Notes: generated by a model not told the origin, from the letters alone. 58,397 nucleotides of DNA from a virus (IMGVR_UViG_3300025466_000039:1-58397); one strand, 5' to 3'; numbered from the stretch's first letter, positions 18,301-28,532 are shown. A program made the numbers and translations.

Positions 18301-19538
18301 TATGCCTCCATCTTGGCTAGAGCCAAATCAACCAAACCTCTTGATTTAATATCTTTGGTAGACCCGCCTTCTTTAGCGTGCATCAATGCAGCCGCAGTCA
18401 AGCCTGCTCCAGCTACCTGTGACAGCATGCTAGGAGGAGCCTGGTAAACAGACGCAGACTGCTGTGTCATCGGTAATCCACGGATCAAGTTAGACATAAA
18501 GTTCATCTGTTGATACGGGAAATTCTGCGCATTCAAAGCGTTTTGCTGATCTACATTCATTTGATTTTGGACTTGCTGTTGTTGCTGTCCGCCCAACTGA
18601 TTCTGTAGACCAATAATACCAATGTTCTGGTTGTATTGGTTATTGCCCAATGTGCCTAACGTGTTAGCGCTTTGCAATGCGGTATTCAATCCTTGAAGAC
18701 CGAAATTAGCCCCAAATTGTCCTTGTTGTGCGTTAAGATTGGCCGCTGACTGATTGGCTCCTTGATTGGCCAATTGAGCCTGCATGTTCTGGCCGGCCCC
18801 AAGATTTTGTACGCCCAACAAAGCCTGTAGGTTTGTGTTACCTACGTTGTAGCCCATGTTTTGGTTGGCCAACTGCGCTTGTAGATTGGCGGCTTGCTCA
18901 GTATTAAACTGGCCTTGCGCGGTGTTATAGGCATTGTTATATCCTTGGCCCACCAGATTACTCATGGCCAACTGATTGGCTTGATTTTGTTGAGCGTTTT
19001 GTACGCCAAAACGTGAGTTACCAAACGCTCCAGCTTGCGTTGCTTGCGCCGCATTGACTTGGTTCTGAGCGCCCTGCTGTTGACCCAATAACGCCATCTG
19101 TGGTGCTAATGACGCCTGCAAGTAAGGGTTCATGTACTGTTGCGCAGTACCAGCCGAAGTAAAACTTTGCGTGCCTACATTGCCAGGATTCGCCATCTGA
19201 AAGTTTTGCAACTGTGGTGCGTTGGCTTGACCCGCTTGGTATGGGCTGTATGTATAGCTGGCATTTAGCCCGCCCATCCCCGCTTGACCTGCCATTGCCG
19301 TTGCATCTTGCAATTGACCTGAAGACTTCAATGCCCCGGCTGCGTCATAGGACTGATTTTGCAAACCCGTAAATCCTGCAACTTGAGGCCCTTGGTATTG
19401 TTGATAAGGGTTGGTCTGAGGGTTTGTAAAAAACGCACCTTCGCCCAGCAAAGCCTGTCCATAAGGGGCAATCTCAGGCGCAAAGCCTGTTTGCATCTGG
19501 GTAATTTGTGTAGGTGTTGTCGTAGCTGTCGTGGTCAT
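18300..19538 (-). CDS. internal virion/DNA transfer protein
   Basis: Q/N/G-rich; YMNPY, QAGAFG.SR motifs typical of podophage pilot proteins. Confidence 0.7.
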   Translation of the reverse strand: MTTTATTTPTQITQMQTGFAPEIAPYGQALLGEGAFFTNPQTNPYQQYQGPQVAGFTGLQNQSYDAAGALKSSGQLQDATAMAGQAGMGGLNASYTYSPYQAGQANAPQLQNFQMANPGNVGTQSFTSAGTAQQYMNPYLQASLAPQMALLGQQQGAQNQVNAAQATQAGAFGNSRFGVQNAQQNQANQLAMSNLVGQGYNNAYNTAQGQFNTEQAANLQAQLANQNMGYNVGNTNLQALLGVQNLGAGQNMQAQLANQGANQSAANLNAQQGQFGANFGLQGLNTALQSANTLGTLGNNQYNQNIGIIGLQNQLGGQQQQQVQNQMNVDQQNALNAQNFPYQQMNFMSNLIRGLPMTQQSASVYQAPPSMLSQVAGAGLTAAALMHAKEGGSTKDIKSRGLVDLALAKMEA

Positions 19539-19547
19539 AATTTTTCC

Positions 19548-22500
19548 TTATGCAGGTAAATATTTGTTAGCATTGGTGTTGGTAGCCACGCGGTCTTTGC
19601 CAGTTGTTTTTGCTCTGGCTTGTTGGATTCTGTCCATCATCTTATAAAGCTGCCTTGCGCCAGCTTCTGTAGAACCATTACCAAGTTCGGAAACGATCCG
19701 AGCAGGAACCACAAACTCACCGTCAGCAAGACGAGCAGGCTCAGGATTAGTATTGCCAATAGTAGCAGGGATCGAATCTGATACCCCATCGCCCGGGCCA
19801 CGCAGTAGACGTCCTCCATCTGAATATCCTCCTAAGTGGCCTACAGACATACCGCCCGCAGCAAGACCCAGTAAACCTCCACCTGCGGCTGCTACACCCA
19901 TGTCAGTGTATGACGGATTGCCATTGCTATCTTGGCCACCATCAGGAACCATAAGATGACCGTTACCTGCAATGTAAGAACCAGCAGGATAAGATTTACC
20001 ACCAACTGTTACTGGCGCTGAACTGGGCGTATTGGTTGCAGTTGTTGTATTGGCACTTTGATCTGTTGTGCTTTTTCCGTAAGCAGAAACACCGTTTTGA
20101 TTTAAATAGTCTAACGTCTTTTGACTTAATCCAGGAACGGGCTCTCCTTTGTATCCTGGTAGATAAGCCCCAATGTAATCTGCCGTTGCATTGAAGTTAG
20201 GATCGTAGTTTGGATTAGCAACATACGATCTAGACGTAGGATCAAATATGGTTGGCTGAGAAATTGTGTATACAGGATTCTCTTTCATCCCCATCACAGA
20301 TGTATAGTAAGGTTTAAAAATCTGGCCATCAGTCGTATAAGGAACCTTTGATGCAGGTATTTTTCCAGACAACATATCCAAAATATGTTGTGTTGCCGCA
20401 TCTGTAGTTGTTGTAGGAGCCGGAGGATTGGTAGCGCCCAGACTTCCACCCGCTTTGGTGTATGCGTCTTTCATTTGCTGTAGCGACGTCCAGTTCCCCA
20501 AGAAACCTTGAGCATTCAATGGTTGGCCTACCTCATTGGCTCTTTGAGAAACATACCCGTTTGCATCAATGAATGCGTGCGAGCCAGACACTCCAGGGGC
20601 TGACGTTGGGTTGGTCGTTGAGTTACTGATATAGCCCGGCGTGTAGTTATTTGCAGGCTGTGTCAGCGTATTTGCCATTACTGCTGCAGGAGACGCTGTA
20701 ATTGATGGCGTAGTTAAAGGTGTTGTAGGTGTAGTTGTTGGCGTTGAAACTGGTACGGTGCCCGGCAATGTTGGTGCGGGAGTAGGTGTTGGTGTAGGAG
20801 TTGGGGTAGGAGTTGGTTTAGCGGTTACTACGGGCGCTGTTGGAGTGGTCGCATTATTAATTGCTGCGTGTAGCGCATAAACACCACTTGGATCAACAGC
20901 GTTATAAAGGTTTTGAATTGTGCTTGGATTAACACCAATAGCTGTACCGACATCAGTAGGTTTAACACCCCACTTGTCCATGAGTGTGGCAATAGCTGCT
21001 TGAGCTTGCGTAGTGTTTCCACCATACAAATCTGTAGCCGCAGTAATTGCATTTTGAATGGCTTTGTTTTTATCAGCAGCGCTACCATTTTGGAAATTGG
21101 TTATGTCTGTTGATGTTGGGTTCGCAAGTGATTGCAACAACCCGTATTCTTGTGCATTTTTAATTGCCTGTATTCCAGCTTGTTGAGGAGTTGCTGTGGC
21201 ACTACCTGTAATAGCTTTATCAATAGCAGCTAAACCAGCCGGTACTGGAGCATTTGGGTTGATCCCATAAACACTTGGATTTGTCAATGTAGTTTGACCA
21301 TATGCATTTTCAATTCGGTTGTAGGTTGCGTCCCCTGGTTTTGCGCCTTCTGCTGAAATAACTTGCGGTGCAATAATGCCTTGATTGTACAATTGCTGGG
21401 CAATTTGATTGTCTGTTAAACCTTTGGATTGAAGCGCTGAAACGGCTGATGCTATATCTGCTGTACTTGAATTAGCATTGACTGACGCTGGGTTAAAAGG
21501 TGCGGGAGCAGGCGTGGGAGCGGAAGATGCTGGTGTTGAAGCAGCATTGATCAAAGGCATTATAGAAGTTATACCATCACCGCCCGACTGTGTTGTAGCA
21601 GGAGCCGGAGTAGGAGTAGAAGCATACTGTGGTGTGCCATCATCATAGTAGCCAATAATAGCAGGGATCTTTAAACCTCCGTCACCACCCACGATATTGT
21701 TAGGCCCGGGGGTATTACTAACATCAATAAAATTACCGGAAGAATCAATATAGTTACCTGAATCATCAGCAACATAGTTACGATCTGGTGCTGGTGTTGG
21801 TGCTGGTGCGGGTTGTGAAGCTGGGGCTGCCTGTTCATTTTGAATGGCCTGAGCCAATGGATTATTGGCAGGAGGTGCAGAAGCAGCAATGGCAGCATTG
21901 ACAGCCGCAGGATCAGCGTTGAATTGTTGTTCGGCAAGAGCAACATTTGCGCCGGGATTTTGAGCAAAATAATCTGTTATTTGTTGTGGGGTATAAGATG
22001 TGTATTGTGGTGTAGCAGGAGCCGCAGGCGCAGCAGGAGCGGCGGGAGCGGCAGGTGCAGATGCGTATTGAGGAGTACCATCATCGTAATATCCAATAAC
22101 CGTTCCACCATCATCGTAATGGTGAACACCACCGCCTTTGGCCAAGGCAACCAGACCGCCAGTAGCGGCTTTAGTCTGATACACATTGCTCGGGCCTGAA
22201 AATACACTACCGCCAAAGTATCGTAGTTGTTGATTGTTGGGTGCGTTGTAGTTTAATTGCTGTGGTTTAGCGGCGGCTTTAAGTAAACCAATTCCACCAA
22301 CGCCAATTGCTGCTTTTTCCCAATTTGGCAAAGCTTTAAAGTCTTGCCACAAGGTTGTTGGAGCGACTTTATCAACTGCACTTTTAGCAATTTTTTCTGA
22401 AAGTCCACTTGGTGTAGGTGTTGGCGCAGCAGATGATGGTGCAGCAGGAGATGATGGTGCAGTTTGCGAACCATTAATTGCCTGAGCATCTACATCAGAA

Positions 22501-23033
22501 GAAATATTTGAATAAGACGGAGTAGTTGGTCCAAGCGGGGTAGCGGTAAGATTGGTTTGCGCTGCAACAGGGGCATTTGAATAATTACTAAAATCAGTTG
22601 GTTGTTGCGCCAATTCATCGGCACCACCCATATTGTTCGTATTGTATGATGCGTAATTACTAATGCTTGGAGCTCCAGGGGTAGCCTGAGATGGTAGCAT
22701 CTCGGTGCCGCCCAAAGGATCAGCCGTAGCTAAATTACCTGCTCCCGATAAACTACCGAGCCCATAGGCCATTGCACCCTGCGTAAGGGCGCTACCAATA
22801 TTCCCGCCATTTAATAGATTAACCAAACCAGAAGCAACGCCAAAATTCCCAGCAGCGCTTGTAATGCCTAGATTTCCAGCGAATGATGTTCCGCCGGAAG
22901 AAAGAAACCCCTCTGGGTCTCCTGTAAAATACGCCAGTGCAGCGGCCTCGGCCATCTGTCCGATAGAACTTTTGCCTACATCATGGATGGCATTCGATAT
23001 GCCGTTCAGCGCATTGCTAAAAATATCAGACAT
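19548..23033 (-). CDS. large low-complexity internal virion protein
   Basis: PT/AP-rich; conserved-looking C-terminus GPGDGVSDSIPA...ARLADGEFVVPA. Confidence 0.7.
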   Translation of the reverse strand: MSDIFSNALNGISNAIHDVGKSSIGQMAEAAALAYFTGDPEGFLSSGGTSFAGNLGITSAAGNFGVASGLVNLLNGGNIGSALTQGAMAYGLGSLSGAGNLATADPLGGTEMLPSQATPGAPSISNYASYNTNNMGGADELAQQPTDFSNYSNAPVAAQTNLTATPLGPTTPSYSNISSDVDAQAINGSQTAPSSPAAPSSAAPTPTPSGLSEKIAKSAVDKVAPTTLWQDFKALPNWEKAAIGVGGIGLLKAAAKPQQLNYNAPNNQQLRYFGGSVFSGPSNVYQTKAATGGLVALAKGGGVHHYDDGGTVIGYYDDGTPQYASAPAAPAAPAAPAAPATPQYTSYTPQQITDYFAQNPGANVALAEQQFNADPAAVNAAIAASAPPANNPLAQAIQNEQAAPASQPAPAPTPAPDRNYVADDSGNYIDSSGNFIDVSNTPGPNNIVGGDGGLKIPAIIGYYDDGTPQYASTPTPAPATTQSGGDGITSIMPLINAASTPASSAPTPAPAPFNPASVNANSSTADIASAVSALQSKGLTDNQIAQQLYNQGIIAPQVISAEGAKPGDATYNRIENAYGQTTLTNPSVYGINPNAPVPAGLAAIDKAITGSATATPQQAGIQAIKNAQEYGLLQSLANPTSTDITNFQNGSAADKNKAIQNAITAATDLYGGNTTQAQAAIATLMDKWGVKPTDVGTAIGVNPSTIQNLYNAVDPSGVYALHAAINNATTPTAPVVTAKPTPTPTPTPTPTPAPTLPGTVPVSTPTTTPTTPLTTPSITASPAAVMANTLTQPANNYTPGYISNSTTNPTSAPGVSGSHAFIDANGYVSQRANEVGQPLNAQGFLGNWTSLQQMKDAYTKAGGSLGATNPPAPTTTTDAATQHILDMLSGKIPASKVPYTTDGQIFKPYYTSVMGMKENPVYTISQPTIFDPTSRSYVANPNYDPNFNATADYIGAYLPGYKGEPVPGLSQKTLDYLNQNGVSAYGKSTTDQSANTTTATNTPSSAPVTVGGKSYPAGSYIAGNGHLMVPDGGQDSNGNPSYTDMGVAAAGGGLLGLAAGGMSVGHLGGYSDGGRLLRGPGDGVSDSIPATIGNTNPEPARLADGEFVVPARIVSELGNGSTEAGARQLYKMMDRIQQARAKTTGKDRVATNTNANKYLPA

Positions 23034-23067
23034 AAAACCGCTCCAATAATAGTTTGTAGTTTACCAT

Positions 23068-23394
23068 TTAACCTATCTTCCAGCTAGTACCTGTCGAGTA
23101 AACAGGCACGGTATTTGTACCGCCACCAACCACCGTTGACCCAAAAGTTGTAACCGTTGCATCAGACACAAAAGTCCTAGTCCCCGCGTTGGTCATGGAC
23201 GCTGTGGGTAGTTTGGCCACTGTAGTTATGGATGTGTTGGTAATATAGGCATCAATGACTGTGCCTAAAACCCCATTCAACTGATTAAAAAACAAACGTA
23301 GAACGTTGGCCAGCCTGTCTACATACGTTTTATCGTATAAATCTGGGGCTATGGGCAGGTTCGGTACTGCGGGATTGATGGGTTTTGTAGCCAT
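23068..23394 (-). CDS. virion structural protein
   Basis: PNLP.AP..Y...LRLFFNQL motif, immediately after the tail stabilisation gene. Confidence 0.6.
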   Translation of the reverse strand: MATKPINPAVPNLPIAPDLYDKTYVDRLANVLRLFFNQLNGVLGTVIDAYITNTSITTVAKLPTASMTNAGTRTFVSDATVTTFGSTVVGGGTNTVPVYSTGTSWKIG

Positions 23395-25487
23395 TATCTG
23401 CGTCCGTCTGGTCTAATACTAAAGCGTGGTGCGCCCAACTGCCATGTCGTGCCAATCTTGTTGGACTCCATCTTAAAGATCATTTGGCGCCCTCTGATCC
23501 TGGTATAGACTTGGCCCGTAAATTCTTGGGTAATGTTATAGGCCGCTTGGTACGCAACATTGTTGCTGTACGTCTGGGTAGCACCCGAGCCCGAATCGGT
23601 CAAGGCATACAAAGTCATTGTGGTGACTGGGCTACTGTTGTTGGTAGACCCCTCAAACGTTAAGTCAGGAAGTATGCGATCAACAAATACAAAGTGATCC
23701 CCATCACCAATATCGAACTCAGAAGAAGATATGTAAGCGTCAATAGCAATAGGAGTTCCCGTTTCGTTATCGTCCACGCCACTTTCTTGATTAAGCAAAT
23801 AGCCATTGTATGTTGCTCCAATCGGATTATTTTGAAGTGTGGTATCTAGCCATGCTGTTCTACCCATTGTGCCGTAATACCATGTTTTCTCAGCGTAGTT
23901 ATAGACAACATAGCTGTTAATCTGTGTACCCGTGCCTGATACATAGAACCACCAAACCTCATTAAAGCCTTCTACTGTAGAGCAGTAAACTTGTTGGTTT
24001 TGGTAGTAATTGATATTTTGGAAAACATATCGGCGCAGGTCACAATTTAGCGTCTGGGCTACACCGCCGCTATACATGTAAAACTTATCAACACCCATCC
24101 AGTACACAACGCCCGAAGCAAGCGCTGCTGCATTGGGCCCAATGATTGTTGTGTTTTCACCAAGAAGCTGTACGCCCCAAACATAAGGCGGGCCAAGGTA
24201 TTGAAAAGAATAACAAGCCGCATCGGTCAATACAAATATCTCTTGACGGGTTTGGATGGCCGTGACAATTTGTGAGCCGTGCGACAAGCGCACGCTACCC
24301 GCTTGATTGGTAATATCAGGATACCAAACCAAAGGATTTTGCTGGTCAGACCAACGAATCAACATGGGGTCTAGCGTGCTTGAGCCGTAGTCATTTGTGC
24401 CAAATACAATGACAAAATTAGATGCATCTGAGACTTGTAAATAGTTTTGATAAAGCGGAACATCCACTAGATCAGAGATGTAAAACGTGCCAGAGCCAGC
24501 AGAAGACGTATTAATAGGCGCGCCACCTTGGGTAGCTGAAATATTAAACTGTGTTCCAGAGACATTGACCACATAGTAAGTTGTATTGGTCGCTAAAGGA
24601 CTGGGCAATGAACCGCCCGTCACCCCAAGCTGTATGCCACTGTTATTGGGCAGAGTAACGCCCGATACGACTAGCGCTGGGGAAGCGTAAGAAATCGTGA
24701 CAGAACCACCTGTTGTATTAAGCGCTACACCGCGCGTAGATAAAGTTGGTGCAGTCCAATAATAAATACCACCACCACGGGGGCCAAAGATTAAGTTTTG
24801 ACCAAAGTTGTATGCGTTCCAAATCTGGAGATTGTTCTTGACGGCCTGCCCATTACCCCATGAACCCCCACCCCAAGTACCTGCGCCCCAACCACTAAAT
24901 GGCGTCTGGAAAGCTGGGCCAGTATTGAGTTGATAAGCTGCCGTAACTGTTCCGCCTCCAGGTGAGCCTGACGCATCGGTTGAATTGGCTGTAGCCGTAG
25001 CGGTAAATGTAAATGAATTGACGTTGGGAACGCTTGTAATTTGATACTGTTGATTGAGTACACCCGCAGTGATATTACCTCCTAGCCCCGTAGCGCCACT
25101 AAAAGTCACAAAATCATTGATTAATGCGCCGTGTGCAGTTGCGGATACCGTGATGGTAGAAGATCCTGCTATGGCTGTGAAAGGATTGGTTAGTGTGGTT
25201 GTTGATCGGATTGGGGTAATATCAAAATACTGATTACCAATCGTCAGGTAGTATTTAAGATTAGTACCAACACCAATGATATTTTGCGCAGATAAAGTAA
25301 TCCAGTTCCAAAGCGAGCGACAAACGCCCAAAAATGTATTGGATGAATACTGCGTCCAACCGCCAATCTTCTCGGGACTGCCTTGACGGAATCTTACTTT
25401 GTCGGACTCATACCACCCGCCTTCATTGAAGTAGCGGGTATTTTCTCTATTGACCCCAGGTTTAAAGGTTATCTTCGAAAATGGCAT
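23394..25487 (-). CDS. tail stabilisation/nozzle protein (P22 gp10-like beta-propeller)
   Basis: KPGVNRE.T.Y..EGGW, IRWSDQ, FNEVWWFY, RFSIRPDGRR; size and position. Confidence 0.7.
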   Translation of the reverse strand: MPFSKITFKPGVNRENTRYFNEGGWYESDKVRFRQGSPEKIGGWTQYSSNTFLGVCRSLWNWITLSAQNIIGVGTNLKYYLTIGNQYFDITPIRSTTTLTNPFTAIAGSSTITVSATAHGALINDFVTFSGATGLGGNITAGVLNQQYQITSVPNVNSFTFTATATANSTDASGSPGGGTVTAAYQLNTGPAFQTPFSGWGAGTWGGGSWGNGQAVKNNLQIWNAYNFGQNLIFGPRGGGIYYWTAPTLSTRGVALNTTGGSVTISYASPALVVSGVTLPNNSGIQLGVTGGSLPSPLATNTTYYVVNVSGTQFNISATQGGAPINTSSAGSGTFYISDLVDVPLYQNYLQVSDASNFVIVFGTNDYGSSTLDPMLIRWSDQQNPLVWYPDITNQAGSVRLSHGSQIVTAIQTRQEIFVLTDAACYSFQYLGPPYVWGVQLLGENTTIIGPNAAALASGVVYWMGVDKFYMYSGGVAQTLNCDLRRYVFQNINYYQNQQVYCSTVEGFNEVWWFYVSGTGTQINSYVVYNYAEKTWYYGTMGRTAWLDTTLQNNPIGATYNGYLLNQESGVDDNETGTPIAIDAYISSSEFDIGDGDHFVFVDRILPDLTFEGSTNNSSPVTTMTLYALTDSGSGATQTYSNNVAYQAAYNITQEFTGQVYTRIRGRQMIFKMESNKIGTTWQLGAPRFSIRPDGRR

Positions 25488-25488
25488 G

Positions 25489-26085
25489 TTAACCGCCTAA
25501 AACAGAAAGGGCGTGTTGGGTTAATTTGATACGTTCATCAAGACCAAATGTACCACCATTTATGCGTTTTGTTAAGCCCAGCCAGTTCTCCGCTTCAGCC
25601 AAATCGTTGCATCCGTGGGTCTTCCAGAACCACCCAGCAGACAGGGCGGCATACATGGGGGTCGCAACAAGTTGCGGGTTCATCACAAAATCCTGACCCA
25701 CTGCTTGTCCAAAGTGCCAGTAGTTATCATGAAAGGTGAGCTGGATACAGCCTCTTCCGTGAAAGCGATGCCCGTCCCCTGAAGCTTCATCTCTATTACC
25801 GCCTCGATTGGCGTAAATTCTGTTGGCAATCTTAACGGGATTGTGGGCGTAAAGCTCAACTTCTCCTGGCTTAAACTTGTGACCAAATTTTGCTTGAAGG
25901 ATTTCGGCTCGATAGTTGAGGTTTTCTTCCAGTGTTTTGAAATGGTTGCACTCGTGAGAGCACTGTCCGATAAAAGCTGCCTGCTTCTTGACATCGTTTA
26001 CCCCAAACGTAGCAAAGGTTGTAGTCAATGGCTCTGACCATTCAGCACCTATCCCGAGCTGATTGAGCTTCTCAGGGCTTAACAT
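25489..26085 (-). CDS. glycoside hydrolase family 19 endolysin
   Basis: FIGQCSHE..F..LEENLNY, GRGCIQLT..DNY, TKRINGG..GL.ER. Confidence 0.9.
   Translation of the reverse strand: MLSPEKLNQLGIGAEWSEPLTTTFATFGVNDVKKQAAFIGQCSHECNHFKTLEENLNYRAEILQAKFGHKFKPGEVELYAHNPVKIANRIYANRGGNRDEASGDGHRFHGRGCIQLTFHDNYWHFGQAVGQDFVMNPQLVATPMYAALSAGWFWKTHGCNDLAEAENWLGLTKRINGGTFGLDERIKLTQHALSVLGG
25663..25676. promoter_or_regulatory. palindrome CGCAACAAGTTGCG (dispersed motif copy)
   Basis: Perfect copy inside the endolysin gene. Confidence 0.6.
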
Positions 26086-26647
26086 TGACCATCTCCCTTA
26101 CTTTTTGGTAGGTGTCGATACAGGCGTTGAGCTGGGTGATGGCGATGTCCCCGTCTGCTGCGATGGCTGCAATAGCTTTAAGAGTCTCTCGCTCAGATTC
26201 GCTTGCATCGGTTGTATTTCCGCTGGTAGCTCCGGCATCTGCACTGGCTTGAACGGGACAACTGGAGGGGAGGCGCAATTTGTTACTGTCCACGAAAGCA
26301 GTAAGATTATCTTGTTTCGCTTTAACATCATCTTTTGCCTTTCTCAATGCACTATTTACCCCAACCAGCTTTTTGTTTAGCTCGGCTTCTTTGGCTCTTG
26401 CTTCGTCATTAAGTCGGATAATTTCTGCTTGATCTTCAGCAACACGCCTTTGATAACCATGATGATCTGCGACATAGTAACCTCCTAAAATAACTAACAC
26501 AATACCGCCAATTTGCATGACAAAAGCCTGTGGCTTAAGCATGGGCAGGAACTTGACCAGGTGACTTACCAAATACAAACCAATTCCTACTGCCAACGAC
26601 AGCAGTGCAAGGTAGTACAAGATGTCACCAAAGAGCCAACTAAGCAT
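26072..26647 (-). CDS. Rz-like inner-membrane spanin
   Basis: N-terminal TM helices, coiled coil, C-terminal D.AI.QLNACI..Y motif. Confidence 0.75.
   Translation of the reverse strand: MLSWLFGDILYYLALLSLAVGIGLYLVSHLVKFLPMLKPQAFVMQIGGIVLVILGGYYVADHHGYQRRVAEDQAEIIRLNDEARAKEAELNKKLVGVNSALRKAKDDVKAKQDNLTAFVDSNKLRLPSSCPVQASADAGATSGNTTDASESERETLKAIAAIAADGDIAITQLNACIDTYQKVREMVNVKP
26098..26331 (-). CDS. Rz1-like outer-membrane lipoprotein spanin nested in Rz
   Basis: Alternate frame; basic plus hydrophobic signal MMLKRNKIILLLSWTVTN-C followed by a Pro-rich mature part. Confidence 0.6.
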   Translation of the reverse strand: MMLKRNKIILLLSWTVTNCASPPVVPFKPVQMPELPAEIQPMQANLSERLLKLLQPSQQTGTSPSPSSTPVSTPTKK

Positions 26648-27116
26648 TTACACTAGCCCTTGCATGAGCCATTCTCTCACGTTCTGCGTCATCTTCCAAG
26701 GTGGGGTGAGACATGGGTGGAGGGGGTGGAGTCCAGCCAGACGGAGAAGATGGAGCCATCATAACAACTGGAGCTGGCGGTGGGGGAGGAGGTGCAACGT
26801 AAGCATCCTTATTGGCCTTGGCTGCATTCATCATGTTGGTTGCCTCATTGGTTAAACCCTTGGTCAAAATACCGCCTATCCCGCCCACGATCAGTAACAC
26901 GATATCATTAAGCATCTTGGTGTATGCTTGATCAATGGGAGCCATAGCCTTAATGGGTTGGGTCACAAAGGTTACCGAATAGAGAAGCGCCAAGGTAATA
27001 AAGGCAAAGATTAAAGTCACCATGATGATGACAAACGCCCTGACACGGACTTCTATCTCATCGGCAGACAGGCGTTCCTTGGGGCTGTTGAACAGTGCCA
27101 GCAATAGTTCCTTCAA
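26640..27116 (-). CDS. two-TM membrane protein, holin candidate
   Basis: Two hydrophobic helices, Pro-rich tail, located in the lysis cassette. Confidence 0.55.
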   Translation of the reverse strand: MKELLLALFNSPKERLSADEIEVRVRAFVIIMVTLIFAFITLALLYSVTFVTQPIKAMAPIDQAYTKMLNDIVLLIVGGIGGILTKGLTNEATNMMNAAKANKDAYVAPPPPPPAPVVMMAPSSPSGWTPPPPPMSHPTLEDDAERERMAHARASVNA

Positions 27117-27282
27117 TTTTCTTCTCCAGTATGGGGGCTACAAGATATTCAGGACAGTCTTGGTCAAACTCACATCGAGGCTTTTGGCACTGAGCCGCAC
27201 CAAAGTTGTCAGGATTCTGGCAAAAGTACCTGTAGTTATCACCACAGCTAGTCAACAGTAATAAAACCCAAAGGTATTTCAT
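27058..27282 (-). CDS. small Cys-rich lipoprotein
   Basis: LLLTSC lipobox; YRYFCQNP...C. Confidence 0.65.
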   Translation of the reverse strand: MKYLWVLLLLTSCGDNYRYFCQNPDNFGAAQCQKPRCEFDQDCPEYLVAPILEKKIEGTIAGTVQQPQGTPVCR

Positions 27283-27518
27283 TTGCCTTCAATCCTTGCA
27301 AGAGCTTTGTTGACTCTGATCTCCATCATCTTGATGTCTATGTACATCCATGAAAGCAGTGGTATGAATAGGAGGATCACCACCATCAAGACCACGATAA
27401 CAATGACGAAGAACGAACGATCATCAGCATCAGCCATATCCACGCTATCATCAGAAACGTTATTACTGTAGCTATTGCTCTGTCTTGGAATTCCTCCGCC
27501 CTTTGACGCTTTAGCCAT
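27279..27518 (-). CDS. single-TM membrane protein (start uncertain)
   Basis: Long hydrophobic run; overlaps the upstream gene. Confidence 0.5.
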   Translation of the reverse strand: MAKASKGGGIPRQSNSYSNNVSDDSVDMADADDRSFFVIVIVVLMVVILLFIPLLSWMYIDIKMMEIRVNKALARIEGK

Positions 27519-28105
27519 TGCGCTTTCCGTTTCTTGTCTAGCTCCGCCTTTCTGGCTAACGCCTGCTGATTGGCAATATGCCCAATCATTTTATTTACCC
27601 GACTGTACAAGTCCTTCATCTCAGGAGGAACATGGTAGACCATGTACTCCCGCATTTCCTCATTCAACTTTTCCATCTGTAAGTTAGCAATAACCAACTT
27701 GATCGCAATGTCGTTTCCTTCTTCGTTGTTGGCAGTCAGCGCCAACTCTTCTTGTTCTTTTGTGTAAGCCTTTAAGCCGTTGTATGCGTGGAAGAACTTG
27801 GTGAGGGCATCTGCGACTTGGGCATAGATTTGATTCTCATCAAATTCAACCCTCTTTTTTTGTTTAGCTTTAACAGGAGCTTGGTTAACCGTGGCTTGTG
27901 GCTTTTCTTTACCACCGAAGAGTTTAGAGAAAAACCCAAATATCCCTTTTGCGTCATTTTGGATACCCTTGATATCCCCCACAACTCCATCAATCTCTTT
28001 CTTGGCATCAACAACGAACTGCCGTCCCTCCTTGTACATCTCACAGGATTCTTTAACGAGTTTAAACGCCGAAGTAGCCAGAGCGACAAGGGTGAATGGA
28101 TCAAT
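27386..28105 (-). CDS. membrane-anchored coiled-coil protein, possible ATT start
   Basis: Frame is open from IDPFTLVALA at 28105; first ATG at 28039; C-terminal TM. Confidence 0.65.
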   Translation of the reverse strand: MDPFTLVALATSAFKLVKESCEMYKEGRQFVVDAKKEIDGVVGDIKGIQNDAKGIFGFFSKLFGGKEKPQATVNQAPVKAKQKKRVEFDENQIYAQVADALTKFFHAYNGLKAYTKEQEELALTANNEEGNDIAIKLVIANLQMEKLNEEMREYMVYHVPPEMKDLYSRVNKMIGHIANQQALARKAELDKKRKAQWLKRQRAEEFQDRAIATVITFLMIAWIWLMLMIVRSSSLLSWS

Positions 28106-28107
28106 TT

Positions 28108-28302
28108 TTACAACCCAAAGAACTTATGGAAAAACTGCCCTGCCACATTGGGGCCGAGCAGGACTAGGAGCATCACGCCATAGATCAAATACTCGATCTT
28201 GGTCATGCGTCTATCGCCTTCTTTCAGCATATCTGCGATCTGCCTATAGCGCTCATCACAGACTGCAACGTGGACGGCCAAGTCCTTCTCGGTATCAGAC
28301 AT
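28108..28302 (-). CDS. small membrane protein (holin/XhlA-like)
   Basis: HVAVCDERY coiled coil plus C-terminal TM. Confidence 0.6.
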   Translation of the reverse strand: MSDTEKDLAVHVAVCDERYRQIADMLKEGDRRMTKIEYLIYGVMLLVLLGPNVAGQFFHKFFGL

Positions 28303-28447
28303 TGGTTTCAGGTGGAGTTGTTGCCACTTGCTCTTGAGCTTCTTTTTGCACTTCTTGAATCAATTGGAATACTTCTTGGAAAGGCTTAGTTCCCAAATAT
28401 GCCATGATGTTATTCACGAGTGTGGTTGATAAAGTTACTTTGTCCAT
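28295..28447 (-). CDS. 50-aa hypothetical protein (not in ORF track)
   Basis: AAGGA RBS; MDKVTLSTTLVNNIMAYLGTKPFQEVFQLI... Confidence 0.65.
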   Translation of the reverse strand: MDKVTLSTTLVNNIMAYLGTKPFQEVFQLIQEVQKEAQEQVATTPPETNV

Positions 28448-28532
28448 TTTTATCCTTTAGAAATTAAAATTCCCATTGCGTAACCAATTATAAAAGCCAC
28501 CATTGGATGACAAATAAACTTGATTACTTTTG

